Shown piece by piece: positions 18,138 to 30,408 of a stretch of 64,000 bases of DNA (its first letter is position 1; each line of letters starts with the position of its first letter). Source of the stretch: Eledone cirrhosa (Eukaryota); NCBI GenBank assembly GCA_964016885.1, contig OZ024742.1, forward strand, positions 189,410,001 to 189,474,000. The letters run 5' to 3'. Position numbers and translations under genes: made by a program. The notes beneath the pieces were generated by a model. That model saw only the letters and a list, made by a program, of their open reading frames with translations, was not told the DNA's origin and ran no database searches.

Positions 18138-18385
18138 CAGCCTGTAGGTTGAGGAAAAAGAGGAAGAGAGGAAGGGGGTACTCACTCTTCGTACTCCTGG
18201 AGATGAGGGTTGCACATTTTTTCGGGGATATGTGTTACCCATGTGTAATGTCTCCCCCTATTGGGGAAAATCGATTAATTTTTATATTGCATTTGTGATA
18301 GTATTTTACACGTTTTTATTGTATGTAAACTTCCCCCTTTGTATTTGTCCCCTTCTTTTGTGCCCCTGTGGCTAATAAAGAAACA
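18138..18385 (+). mobile_element. 3' UTR fragment of an L1-Tx1-type LINE
   Basis: gtctccccctattggggaa and terminus gcccctgtggctaataaagaaa, set in a (TATC)n tract. Confidence 0.65.
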
Positions 18386-18433
18386 TATCTATCTATCAAC
18401 ATATTTATCACCTATATATACATAAATAAATAA

Positions 18434-18480
<47 letters not shown>

Positions 18481-18711
18481 CAAGTGTGTCTGTTTGTGTG
18501 ATGTGTGTATGAATGTATATATATATGTATATATATATATATATGAGAGTGTATGTCTATGTGTATGCATGTATGCAGTAACACACACAAAAAAATTACC
18601 CTTGAATTTCTTATTATCAAACAGAGACATACAGAAATGTAGAAGGGAGAAAATCCATTCATTGCACCCACCCCTCCAAATAAACACACTACTACTACTG
18701 CTGCTGCTGGA

Positions 18712-19025
18712 CTCCATCTGCTCTGACCTCCATTTTTTTTATGAATGGAACAGCCTGCTCATCAAATTAACGTGCAAGCACTGACCATTCCGTAGATACA
18801 TGTATCCTTAACATAGTTCTCAGGGAGATTCAGTATAGCATACAATGTGACAAGGCTGGCCCTTTTGAATTACAGGTACAACTATTTTTTTTATTTTGAT
18901 AGTTGTGTATACTGGAGCAACATGATATATAAAGCTTTGCTCAAGGACAAAATATACCAACAAAAATTGAACTCCTAATGATCATGAACCAAATACCCCC
19001 AGCACCTAAGCTACATTCCTTCAGT
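18712..19025 (-). mobile_element. Degenerate SINE (tRNA head + CORE-like segment + possible Deu/Nin-like body)
   Basis: tgctcaaggaca and ctggagcaacatga (CORE-like, minus strand) next to gacaaggctggccc..aattacaggtac; an older relative lies at ~52100-52210. Confidence 0.55.
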
Positions 19026-19174
19026 GAACCACACCAGCACACCTACATTTTTCTTATGTAAATATGAGAAACACAAAATATTTACTTTATCCAGTACTAC
19101 CAGTACTCACAACATGAAACATCTTTGAAGGAAACTTAAAACATCAGCAAAATATTTCAGATGAAATGATGTTA

Positions 19175-19221
<47 letters not shown>

Positions 19222-19772
19222 AAAATTATTGTGTACAGTGCTCAGGTGCACTACAACTTGTTAAAGGTTCATGCATAGTACATAGCATGATCATGATCAT
19301 GATCATCATCATTTAACATCTATTTTCTCTACTTTCATGGGCTTGAGGGGTTGTCACATTCTGAGGCTATATTAATCAGGTGAACAGGTCTTCTATTTTT
19401 GGCATGGTTTCTATGCTGGATGTCCTTTCTAATGCCAACCAAATTACAATGTGTACTTGGGAGCATTTTAATATTGAAATATTGACTGTTGAACTATGTG
19501 TAGAAAACTAATTAAACATCCATCCTGACAAAATATAAAATCAAATACGAACCAAATATAAAAAAAATAAAGCAAATATGAACCAAATATAAAAAAATAA
19601 AGCAAATACAAACCAAATATTAAAAAAAAACATCCATAACATACACTGTTCATTTTCATGACATTTGTACATTGTTCTATATACTATATATGCACCTTTG
19701 ATGAGTTGTAGTGCACCTGAGCACTGTACACAATAAATTTCATTATTGTTATTATTATTATTAGTATGATAA

Positions 19773-20210
19773 GGGCAGTGGATTGGCAGTATTGGTAGAG
19801 GGTCAGACGCCATGCTTTCCAGCATAGTTACGTCCCTTTACGATCTGAGTTCAAATCCCGCCGAGGTTAACTTTGCCTTTCATCCTTATGGGGTCGATAA
19901 AATAAAGTACCAGTAATGCACTGGGTAATTGCTGGCCTTGTGCCTAAAGTAGAAACAATTATTATTAGTATTATTGTTATTATTATTATTATTATTTGGA
20001 TTGGCAGTATCGGTAGAGAGTCGGACACCCTGCTTTGCAGCATAGAGTTATGGCCCTTTATGATCTAAGTTCAAATCCTGCCGAGGTTAACCTTGCCTTT
20101 CATCCTTACGGGCTCGATAAAATAAAACACCAGTAATGCACTGAGGTCAATTTAATCGACTTTCCCCTCCCCCAAAATTACTGGCCTTGTGCCTATACTA
20201 GAAACAATTA
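19773..20210 (+). mobile_element. Two tandem family A SINEs (19773-19960, 19997-20210)
   Basis: A-box tggcagtatcggtagag, B-box gagttcaaatccc, (ATT)n tails. Confidence 0.9.
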
Positions 20211-21043
20211 TCATATAAAGGAATTTTAACCCTTTCATTACTATATTTCTAATGAAAGATTCCTTCTCTCTTCACTTTTTGTTCTTGCTCGATGAGACTG
20301 ATATCATCCTAGGTCACTGATCCCAGAGGCATCATCATGCATAGTGCCGACTAGGTCTACCAGTGCCTTCCATCACTGGCAGTCCTGTGGAAGCCCCTCT
20401 GTATCCTCCTAGGGGATGTTGAGTCCCTTTAGATCTTCCTTGATGACATCCAGACAACTGGTGCAGGGTCTGCATAAAGATATCAAGTATGATTATTTTC
20501 AAATCATTTTGAAAATAATCAAGAAAATGGAAGGACTTAGTATTATTACTAAATTTCTCATTATTAATCTGATGTTAGGAATATAAGTAAACAAAGGTTG
20601 TGACATAAAATTATGATGGAAGGATTTTAGATAATTTTAAAATAAACAGCTTAGTATCATGAAACCAAGGGTAGTTACAGGCAGTTTGAAAAGGCTCATG
20701 CATGTTGCCCTGTCTCCGCTAATTAAATCAGAAATGGTGAACACCTTTAACTCCCATTTTCCATGCTAGTATGGGTTAGATGAGTTGTCTCGTTGTGAGA
20801 CAAGCCATCATACAGAACTGATTTTAGTTTGGTTTCCATGGCTGGATGCCCTTCATGAGAAAAATTTCAAATCACTATCTTGTGGGGATTCTAAAAGTCA
20901 CACCTTTTTCCCTGAAACCATGTGAAACACCAGCATGAGACTTATCTACAGGACCTACAAATCCTCAATTCAAAATATATGAGATATTGCAAATGTATGT
21001 AAAAAGCAGCATGTGACCTACAACATCTTAGAATAACTTACAA

Positions 21044-21210
21044 TATATAATGTGGAAAGTGATATAAGAAGGCTAAAACAATGCAAAATGGACAGTGAGA
21101 TGAAGGCAACGAAAAAAGACACAAAAAAACTAACTATTTTGTTGCCTTTATCTTACTGTCCATTTTGTATTGTTTAGACTTCTTACGTATATCACTTTCC
21201 ACATTATATA
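21044..21210. repeat. Foldback with ~70-bp arms and ~25-nt loop, TA-flanked
   Basis: tatataatgtggaaagtgatata...aggcaacgaaaa pairs with ttttgttgcct...tatatcactttccacattatata. Confidence 0.9.
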
Positions 21211-21224
21211 TATAATGCTTCATG

Positions 21225-21730
21225 CAAACTACATTTTATTAGGAGAGGAGGTTGTGTTGGTATGGACATGTGATGCATATGAAGGATGACAGCTGTATAA
21301 AAAGGTGCAGAGCACTAAAAGTCGATGGAAGCCTTGGAGTGGGAAGACCCAACAAACCTGGGATGAGTTCATAAAAGCTGACCTTACCCAATTGCACCTC
21401 TCAAAGGTGATGACACAGGACCAAAACCTCTGCGGTTACGCAGTAATACAGAAAACCCAAGTTCCCACAGGTACAAGTTGAAGCTGAAGCATATAGAGAG
21501 TATGCTCTCACTGTAAAGTGGTCATGTAGGAGCCATGGTAAAAAAGCACCCAGTACTCACTGTAAATGAGGTTGGTGTTTGGAAGGGCATCCAGCTGTAG
21601 AAATCAAGCCAAAATCAGTTCCATATGAGCAAGACATGGTCACCTGAGCTGGCATTCCCCACAACAGGAAAACCCGTCAAACCCATGCTAGCGTGGAAGA
21701 ACGAACATAAAACGGTGATGATGATGATGA
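21225..21730 (+). mobile_element. RTE-clade LINE 3' fragment
   Basis: Encodes ERRLCWYGHVMHMKDDSCIKRCRALKVDGS..VGRP, matching the 39.7-kb copy; ends in (GAT)n. Confidence 0.85.
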
Positions 21731-22464
21731 TACAATAATTCAAAATATATGGTACGTTGTAAATGCTGTAGATGAAATAGAGATGCAACCTAATGCAACT
21801 AGTGTATCGTATAAAACAGTGTGGATAGTATTTTAAAAAGTGTTAAGACTTAAAAAAGGTTATGTAATAGACATTGTATACATGTAAATTTCTAAAACTA
21901 GTTTCTAATTGTTTTCTAGGCACATATGTGCCACTGCAGCTCCTTACAATTGACCTGCTGATACCAAAATTGTTAACCTGCTATCTATGAGTTAAGCTTT
22001 CAAAAATTCAAATTGTAAATTTATCACATGAAAAAATTGAAGTGAAATGAACCATATTTTTGATGATGAATGCTGCAATTGTTTCATTAGCAGAGCTTGT
22101 AAAAGGAAGAAGTGTTAGGTCTTCATTACGTTTATTGAGGTATGACGTGCATTTCGCGATTGATCAGCTCCTACTCGAGTGCTCACACTGATGAACCTAC
22201 AGTAATTGGACGTTACAACCCTTCAATACATATATATATATGGTAACACATTGATCCGGCAAACCAAAGATGTGGGTTCGTGTCCCATGTACGTTAATAC
22301 GCATCCTTTTTTCCATTCAGAGGGTTTTTTTTAAATCCCAACTAACAGACTAATTCTATTTAGTCAAATATAGTGTAAGTACATGTTAGTACCTAATTTC
22401 CAAATTCACTAGCTGTTTGTAAACAAAGCCTACTTTGTCTCTCCATATTTATATACTTACATAT

Positions 22465-22810
22465 GGAGGCACATGGCTTAGTGGTTAGAGCATTGGCCTT
22501 GCAATCGAAAGGTTGTGAGTTCAATTCTCAGACCGGGTGATGTGTTGTTTCCTTGAGCAAGACACTTTATTTCACATTGCTCCAGTTTACTCAGCTGTAG
22601 AAATGAGATGATAGGGACTGGGGTCCATATCATTCCACTGCAAAGTGGTCGTGGAGGTGCCATGGCAAAAAAGTACCCAGCACTCACTGTAAATGAGGTT
22701 GGTGTTAGGAAGGGCATCCAGCTGTAGAAATCAAGCCAGAATCAGTTCCCGTCCCACCCTTGCAAGCAGGGAAAAAGCGGACATAAAATGAAATGACGAT
22801 GAAATGATGA
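22465..22810 (+). mobile_element. Full-length SINE family B (tRNA head, CORE-like domain, RTE-LINE-derived tail)
   Basis: tggcttagtggttaga A-box, gagttcaattc B-box, ccttgagcaagacacttt..cagtttactcagctgtagaaatg, tail shared with RTE LINE. Confidence 0.9.
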
Positions 22811-23020
22811 CATACATTTATCCTGAGCCTGTTTTCTCGTTGCTTTGGTCCCTGTGGCTGGCTTACCAGTCACAATCTTCAATTTGCCAAGCTGTCTAAA
22901 CGTAATGTTATTACTCTAAGGTAAAATACCTTATTGAGTGCTTAGCCGCCCATTCTGAATGCTAACGAATATATATATATATATATATATAAAATTAAAA
23001 TCGGAGTTAAAGACTCACAT

Positions 23021-23058
<38 letters not shown>

Positions 23059-23415
23059 TGTGTGTGTGTATGTATATATAGGCAATGCCAACTGGCAAGA
23101 GACCCAGATGTACAGCACAAGCAAATGGTTTGATAATATCCATAACCTTTGTTTGTCTTGGATCATTTGGTGAACATTGTTACTGATAGTACCCTTTGGA
23201 GGGCGTGTCTGAAAACTCTGCTTCTACAACCCTCTCAGGAATAAGTGGGGAAAGAAGAAGAAGATATATATATCATCATCATCGTTGCTTTTACATAAAC
23301 TTTTCCATGCTGGTTTGGGCTGGATTTGAGTTTTTCAGGCAATATTTTACAGTTGATTTTTATGATTTGCAGAGATACAGTGTATCTATTCTAAACTGGA
23401 TATACTTGGTGTTTT

Positions 23416-23475
<60 letters not shown>

Positions 23476-23940
23476 GAACAATGAATACGGAACAAAAGTC
23501 AGGGATAGATAGTTAAAAAACTACCTATCTCTGACGTTTATTATATTTTCATTGTTTTATACACACATGTATATAAATGACTCTGTAACCTGGGCAGATT
23601 CTTCTCCGAGGAAATCTTACATGATGGCTGCCTACTACAAAAGCTACTGGACACATTGCCTAATCTTGCTGAAACCATCTTTCCAGGGACACATTGAGTT
23701 CTAACAATGTTATTGGCTCCACCACACGCAGGTGGAATACAATATATATATATATAGTTGCTAATTACTGAGTTGCTTATTTATAAGAGTTGAGGTGTAA
23801 GCAGGTAAGAGCACCCCACATCAGTCAGAGCTATCCAGCATTACGATGGCAATCAAATGCGACAGAGTTTCAATGTATGAATTAATGTTAAGACAGATGT
23901 TATATAATTGTATGTAATATCTGTCTTAATGTTAATCCAT

Positions 23941-23982
<42 letters not shown>

Positions 23983-24209
23983 CTTTATTTACCATAAAGG
24001 CATAATATATATATATATATATAGTAATAAGAATATTTATATTTATATGTTTGATATAGCTGTAAATATGTAGGGTAGTACTAAGTACTAGACGGTTACC
24101 GGTATGACAAGTAAATGTTCTAAACTAAAATTTGATCGTTTTAACACTTTGTATATATATATAATACACCCCGTCCCACCACCACCACCCCCACCCCATC
24201 CACACCACC

Positions 24210-24516
24210 CCGTTCTATGTAAAGTTATGTTGGTGCCGCGCCATCCAGGCCGAAACAAATGAGATCGTGTAGGTGTCACGACAAAAAAACACACAGTCCA
24301 TGCTGTAATGTGGCCGTGTAGGCAACACGGTAAAAACCTCCCAGACCCACACTGTAAATGTGGTTGGTGTTAGGAAGGGCATCCAACTGTAGAAAACCTG
24401 CCAGACAGTCCTATGCGAGCAAGACAATCACTCTTGCCTCAAGTGGGACTACCCCCGTCCAAACCCATGCAAGCGTGGAACACGGACGTTAAACGTTGAT
24501 GATGATGATGATGATG

Positions 24517-24520
<4 letters not shown>
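24210..24520 (+). mobile_element. RTE LINE 3' UTR fragment
   Basis: Close match to the reverse complement of 39322-39630; (GAT)n tail. Confidence 0.8.
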
Positions 24521-24566
<46 letters not shown>

Positions 24567-25033
24567 GTGTGTGTGTGTGTGTGTGTGTGTGTCTGTGTAT
24601 GTGTGTGTTTGAGTGTGTGAGTATATGTATATATATATATATATATATATCACATCCTAATCACCCAACCCTTCTTCCATGCCTTTACACACCCCCAACC
24701 ACAATCCCCAATCCACACTGTAAAGTGGTTGTTACAGTGCCACAATAAAAGTCACATGGTTCACAGTATAAATGTTGTTCACATCCGCCCATAGAAACCA
24801 AACCAGAGACATTTCTGAATGAGCAAGATAAAATCACCTGGCTTGACTTGCCTGAAATGGGACAACCCATCTAACCCATGCTCGCATGGAAAATAGACAT
24901 TAAATGATGATGATCATGATAAAGCAGTTTTCCAAGAGATGGCAACATGAATGTACCTGTTATTTTTCTCTAAAAACACTTTCTTCCAATTCCACCCTGC
25001 ACGTCCCTTCAATCTATCTAATTTCTCATTCTT

Positions 25034-25069
25034 TCTTCTGATGAAGGACTAGCGTCCAAAACGTTAAGA
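25034..25069 (+). ncRNA. Minimal type I hammerhead ribozyme motif with GAAA>AAAA lesion (probably inactive)
   Basis: TCTT-CTGATGA-A-GGAC/tagc/GTCC-AAAA-CG-TT-AAGA: stem I TCTT/AAGA, stem II GGAC/GTCC, palindromic ACGT at stem III. Confidence 0.65.
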
Positions 25070-25244
25070 CCCTCTTCCTGCTATTTCAAGTGTTAACCTA
25101 ATATATTCCTGCCAGATACTATTCCAATTGTGTTATTATATTTGTTTACCTTTTACATATATATATATACCCTTGCAAGCAGGGAAAAGCGGACGTAAAA
25201 TGATGATGATGATGATGATGATGATGATATATATATATATATAT

Positions 25245-25428
25245 ATAAGAAACACATGCACCAGTTGCTTTCACTTCAATTTATTATAATAAATTTATAA
25301 ATTTAGGAATTTATAAATTTCCGGTTGGTTGGTTGGTTCCACAACCAGATGGTTGTTTATATAATGTCAAAGTTCTTTCGTCACACATTCTGTGACCTCT
25401 TCAGTGACTGGGGATTCTTTTCTTTGTT

Positions 25429-25432
<4 letters not shown>
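25245..25432 (-). mobile_element. Solo pseudo-LTR fragment of the Penelope-like element
   Basis: Highly similar to 40671-40840; flanked by (TA)n on both sides. Confidence 0.93.
25366..25408 (-). ncRNA. Minimal type I hammerhead ribozyme (copy 3)
   Basis: Identical to 44138-44180. Confidence 0.75.
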
Positions 25433-25489
<57 letters not shown>

Positions 25490-26271
25490 TTTCAGTACAG
25501 TTTCAATCTACCAAATTTCTACACAAAACATTGGTCAACACAAGGTTATAGTAGAGGTCACTTGCCTAATGTGCCATGAAATAGGACTGTATCTAGAGCC
25601 ACATTGTTGTGAAGGAAACTATTTAATTACATAGTCATGTCGTATCTAATATGAAGATGAAAAAAAAGAAAAAAAACACCCACCAGAGATAGGCAAAGTT
25701 CCAGGCCAGTTGATATAAACATTGAAGATAATTTGATGTTACATATGTCACATATATAACTAATCATATTGTATAGAAAGCTGTGTCCCCTTTCACTGGA
25801 ATCTCAGTCCTATTGTTAACTGGTACAAAAGCAAAGTTACACTAATGAAAGTTAATTACAATGATCTCAAATTAATGGATTGGATGTGGCAAAAGTAATT
25901 ACATCAAACTTACTACAAAATGAACAGAGTGGATAGATAGCAGTTTGGGCCTGTATCATCATCATCATCATCATCATCTCACATGAGAGTTCCGTGTTGG
26001 CATAGTTTGGATAAGTTGTCATGGTCTGAGACTTCCTGGTTTGAAGATTAACATCTTGCTCATATGTTCTATATTTCGGCATTGGTTTCTACAGATAGAT
26101 GTTCTTCGTAATACCAACTAGTTTACAGAGTGTACTTGGTGCATTTTCTCATAGAATCAATGCTACCACATTATAGTGTATACTGGCTGCATTATATATT
26201 ACTAACTTACATTATCAAACTGGCCAGTGGATTGCCTATATCAATACAGCGTTGGACAACATGCTTTACAG

Positions 26272-27142
26272 CAGGCATGTCAAACATGGGGCTCGCGGGT
26301 CGCATGTGGCCCTTTACAAACACACCTGTGGCCCACACGAAGGTTTTTACTGCGCGAGCATGTTTTATCTTTGTAATATAAAATTTCAAAAATTAGCTGT
26401 AATGTGCGCAATTAGTTGTCATATGTGGCCCTCAGACAACACATATGTGACCTATGTGGCCCTCAGACAACACATATGTGACCCATGTGACCCTCTGACA
26501 ACACATATGTGACCCATGTGGCTCTCTGACAACACATATGTGACCCATGTGGCCCTCTGACAACACATATGTGACCCATGCGGCCCTCTGACAACACATA
26601 TGTGACCCATGTGGCCCTCTGACAGCACATGTGTGACCCATGTGGCCCTCTGACAACACATATGTGACCCATGCGGCCCTCTGACAACACATATGTGACC
26701 CATGTGGCCCTCTGACAGCACATGTGTGACCCATGTGGCCCTCTGACAACACATATGTGACCCATGCGGCCCTCTGACAGCACATGTGTGACCCATGTGG
26801 CTCTCTGACAACACATATGTGACCCATGTGGCCCTCTGACAACACATATGTGACCCATGCGGCCCTCTGACAACACATATGTGACCCATGTGGCCCTCTG
26901 ACAGCACATGTGTGACCCATGTGGCCCTCTGACAACACATATGTGACCCATGCGGCCCTCTGACAACACATATGTGACCCATGCGGCCCTCTGACAACAC
27001 ATATGTGACCCATGCGGCCCTCTGACAACACATATGTGACCCATGTGGCCCTCTGACAGCACATGTGTGACCCATGTGGCCCTCTGACAGCACATGTGTG
27101 ACCCATGTGGCCCTCGGGGGGATCTTCAGTTTGACATGCCTG
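26272..27142. mobile_element. Non-autonomous hAT (Charlie/Buster-like) element carrying a minisatellite
   Basis: 14-bp TIR CAGGCATGTCAAAC/GTTTGACATGCCTG; 8-bp TSD ctttacag/ctgtacag. Confidence 0.88.
26421..27114. repeat. 31-bp minisatellite, ~22 copies
   Basis: Unit gacccatgtggccctctgacaacacatatgt. Confidence 0.97.
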
Positions 27143-27256
27143 CTGTACAGGATCAATAAAATTAAGCACCAGTAATGCACTGGATTCCATTTAATCAAAT
27201 TCTCCCTCCCGCCAAATTGTTGGCATTGTGCCTAAATTAGCGACCATTATTAAACA

Positions 27257-27444
27257 GGTGGAGGATTGGCAGTATCGGTAGAGAGTCGGACGCCATGCTT
27301 TCCAGCATAGTTACGTCCCTTTAGGGTCTGAGTTCAAATCCCGCCGATGTTAACTTTGCCTTTCATCCTTACAATGTTGATAAAATAAAGTACCAGTAAT
27401 GTACTGGGTAATTGCTGGCCTTGTGCCAAAAGTAGAAACAATTA
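27257..27444 (+). mobile_element. Family A SINE with TSD attattaaac; partial copies on both sides
   Basis: Consensus match; duplicated flank. Confidence 0.9.
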
Positions 27445-27899
27445 TTAAACTGGACAACATGCGGCATAGAATTACGGCCTTTTATGTTCTGAGTTAATCC
27501 CGCCAAGGTTAACGTTACCTTTCATCCTTATGGGGTCAATAAATAAAGCACCAATAACACACTGGGGTTGTGTTCCTGAGCAAGACATTTCATTTCATAT
27601 TGCTCCAGTATATGCAGCTGAAAATGTGTACCAACAACAGCTGAAGGTTTAACTCTGTTATGGACTGATGTTCTGTCCAGGGAGCGAGGAAGTCTTGTTC
27701 TCTCAGTCACTTCATGCTATAGAAACCAGGATAAGCATTGGCCTGATGAGCCTCTGGGCTTCAGATATGGCTATGTGGTTAAGGTGTTTGCTTTGTAGCA
27801 ATGTAGTTACAGGTTCACTCCACTCCATGGCAAATTGGCCAAATGTCTTCTACTATAGATTCTATCTATCAGATTCTACTCACAAGCATTGGTCTAGCC

Positions 27900-28597
27900 C
27901 AGAGTTTCCCCAACCTTTTGGGTCCGCGGCCCGGATAACTATACAGCGGTGGCTTCGCAGGCCGGATGCGCAATTAATACTACTTATGTACAAATAAGTA
28001 ATCATTTATTTATCCCTTATGTTAGATTTGAAACAAAATTCAATATTGATATGGAGGCACATGGCTTAGTGGTTAGAGCATTGGCCTTGCAATCGAAAGG
28101 TTGTGAGTTCAATTCTCAGACCGGGTGATGTGTTGTTTCCTTGAGCAAGGCACTTTATTTCACATTGCTCCGGTTTACTCAGCTGTAGAAATGAGATGAT
28201 AGGGACTGGGGTCCATATCATTCCACTGCAAAGTGGTCGTGGAGGTGCCACGGCAAAAAAGCACCCAGCACTCACTTTAAATGAGGTTGGTGTTAGGAAG
28301 GGCATCCAGCTGTAGAAATCAAGCCAGAATAAGTTCCCGTCCCAGACTTGCAAGCAGGGAAAAGAGGACATAAAATGAAATGATGATGATGATGAAATGA
28401 TGATACTTAGAGCTGTGCCAAGCAGAAAAATACATTTAAACATTGTTTTATTCAGCAATATCGATAATGGGGTGCGAATTTATTGCAAACTGTTCCCTTT
28501 TTAGAACACTCGCGGGCAGGATAAAGGCCTTCACGGGCCAGATTGAAACCCTTCGCGGGCCGGATGTGGCCTGCAGGCCGGTGGTTGGGGGCCCCTG
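27900..28597. mobile_element. Non-autonomous hAT (Charlie-like) element
   Basis: Imperfect TIR CAGAGTTTCCCCAACC/GGTTGGGGGCCCCTG; perfect 8-bp TSD gtctagcc; subterminal gcgggccg motifs. Confidence 0.88.
28053..28405 (+). mobile_element. Full-length family B SINE nested in hAT MITE
   Basis: Near-identical to 22465-22810. Confidence 0.92.
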
Positions 28598-29016
28598 GTC
28601 TAGCCAAAGCATAAATTGCCATGCAGCAGCATTGAACCCAGAACAAAGTAGTTGATAAGTGAACACTTTAACCATGCAGCCATGCCACAGCACTGAGTCT
28701 ATATATGTGTATGCATATATGTGTGTGTATGTGTATATGTATATATCTATGTATGTATGTATATATATATGTGTGTATATATATATATACATGTATATGT
28801 GTGTGTATGTGTGCGTGTATGTGTGTGTGTGTGTATATGTATATATATATGTGTGTGTATGTATGTGTGTGTATATGTGTATATTTATATATGTATGTAT
28901 GTCTACATGATATATATGTGTATGTCTAATATATTAATATATATATATATATGTGTGTGTGTGTGTATATGTATGTATGTCTACATGATATATATATATA
29001 TATATATATGTGTGTA

Positions 29017-29047
<31 letters not shown>

Positions 29048-29236
29048 CCACACAACGAAATACACCGTGTTCTAGATCTGCAGTGACATATGCTCCATCC
29101 AAGACTAGATAGGTCAAGAGCCAGAGAAACACTTTGAGCTGTAAATGATTCCATTAGAAGAACTCAATAAGAACCTAATTTATCTGCAGAAAAATGTCAG
29201 ATTAAAGAGAAGTGAAATTAACTGAGGCTTTCCACC

Positions 29237-29725
29237 TTGTTACTGTTATTGTTGTTGTTGGTGTTACTGTTTTTGTTGTTGTTGTTATTGTTGTTGGTGT
29301 TACTGTTGTTGTTGTTACTGTTGTTGTTACTGTTGTTGTTGTTACTGTTGTTACTGTTGTTGTTGTTACTGTTGTTACTGTTGTTGTTGTTACTGTTGTT
29401 ATTGTTGTTATTGTTGTTGGTGTTACTGTTGTTGTTGTTGTTACTGTTGTTGGTGTTGTTGTTGCAACTGTTGTTACTATTGTTGTTGTTACTGTTGTTA
29501 TTGTTGTTGTTGTTACTTTTGTTACTTTGTTTTGTTGCTTTTGTTACTGTTGTTGTTGTTACTTTTGTTACTGTTGTTGTTACTGTTGTTATTGTTGTTA
29601 TTGTTGTTATTGTTGTTGTTGTTAAGAAGTGACTTTGTATTGTTTTTTTTTACTTTCTCATATATTATTTTCGTGTTGTTGTTGTTGTTGTGTGTGTGTG
29701 TGTTATTGTTGTTGTTGTGTGTGTG
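29237..29725. repeat. (TTG)n-derived low-complexity tract
   Basis: gttgttgttact repeats. Confidence 0.9.
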
Positions 29726-30408
29726 TCATTCTGTATTGAATATCTCTGTATCTTAACTCTTAACTTCCTGTAATAATAGTTCAGCAGAAAATATCTAAGG
29801 ACTGATTTCATTAGTTCAAATGTTTTTAGCATCTGTACTACTGGACAGATCTTGGTGATGGTGGTGGTGGTGGTGCTGTTGGTGTGGACAGATCTTAGTT
29901 TAAGTAGTGGTAGTAGTGGTGGAGGTGTTGATGATAGTTATAGTTGTACTTTTACATATTCTATACTATTTCATGATGATGATGATGATGGAAATAAGAT
30001 TAGTGTGTTTAGTCATAGTAGTAGTGGTGGTGAACATTGTTGTTTTCATCATCATAGTAGTCGTATTAGTAGTTGTTGTCCTAGTAGTACAAGTAGTATT
30101 ACATATTTTTACTGAAAAGTGTTCACATTTGAAGAGGAATCCTTTACCCACCATCATCACTAAAGCCACCAACACCACCACCTCTGAGTATAATAATAAT
30201 AAAAGTAGGGATGAATATATCATAGCAACAAGTTAAACTGAGAAACTTGCTTCAGTTGTGTAATTTGATTCTTAAGGTGACTCAAATGTTATTAAGAGTT
30301 TTATTTATTTGCAAAGCAAACTCTATATATACTCATAGATAAATCACAGTTTTTTTTTTACTCTGCTAGAAAAGCTGTATGCAAGTTTACTACTTAACCT
30401 TCTTTTAA

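Noticed and set aside
22465-22535. Functional tRNA genes at SINE heads
   Set aside because: A and B boxes are present, but they are fused to SINE bodies and lack a complete cloverleaf
26421-27114. CRISPR-like array of 31-bp repeats
   Set aside because: Units are head-to-tail with no unique spacers, there are no cas genes, and the array is bounded by hAT TIRs
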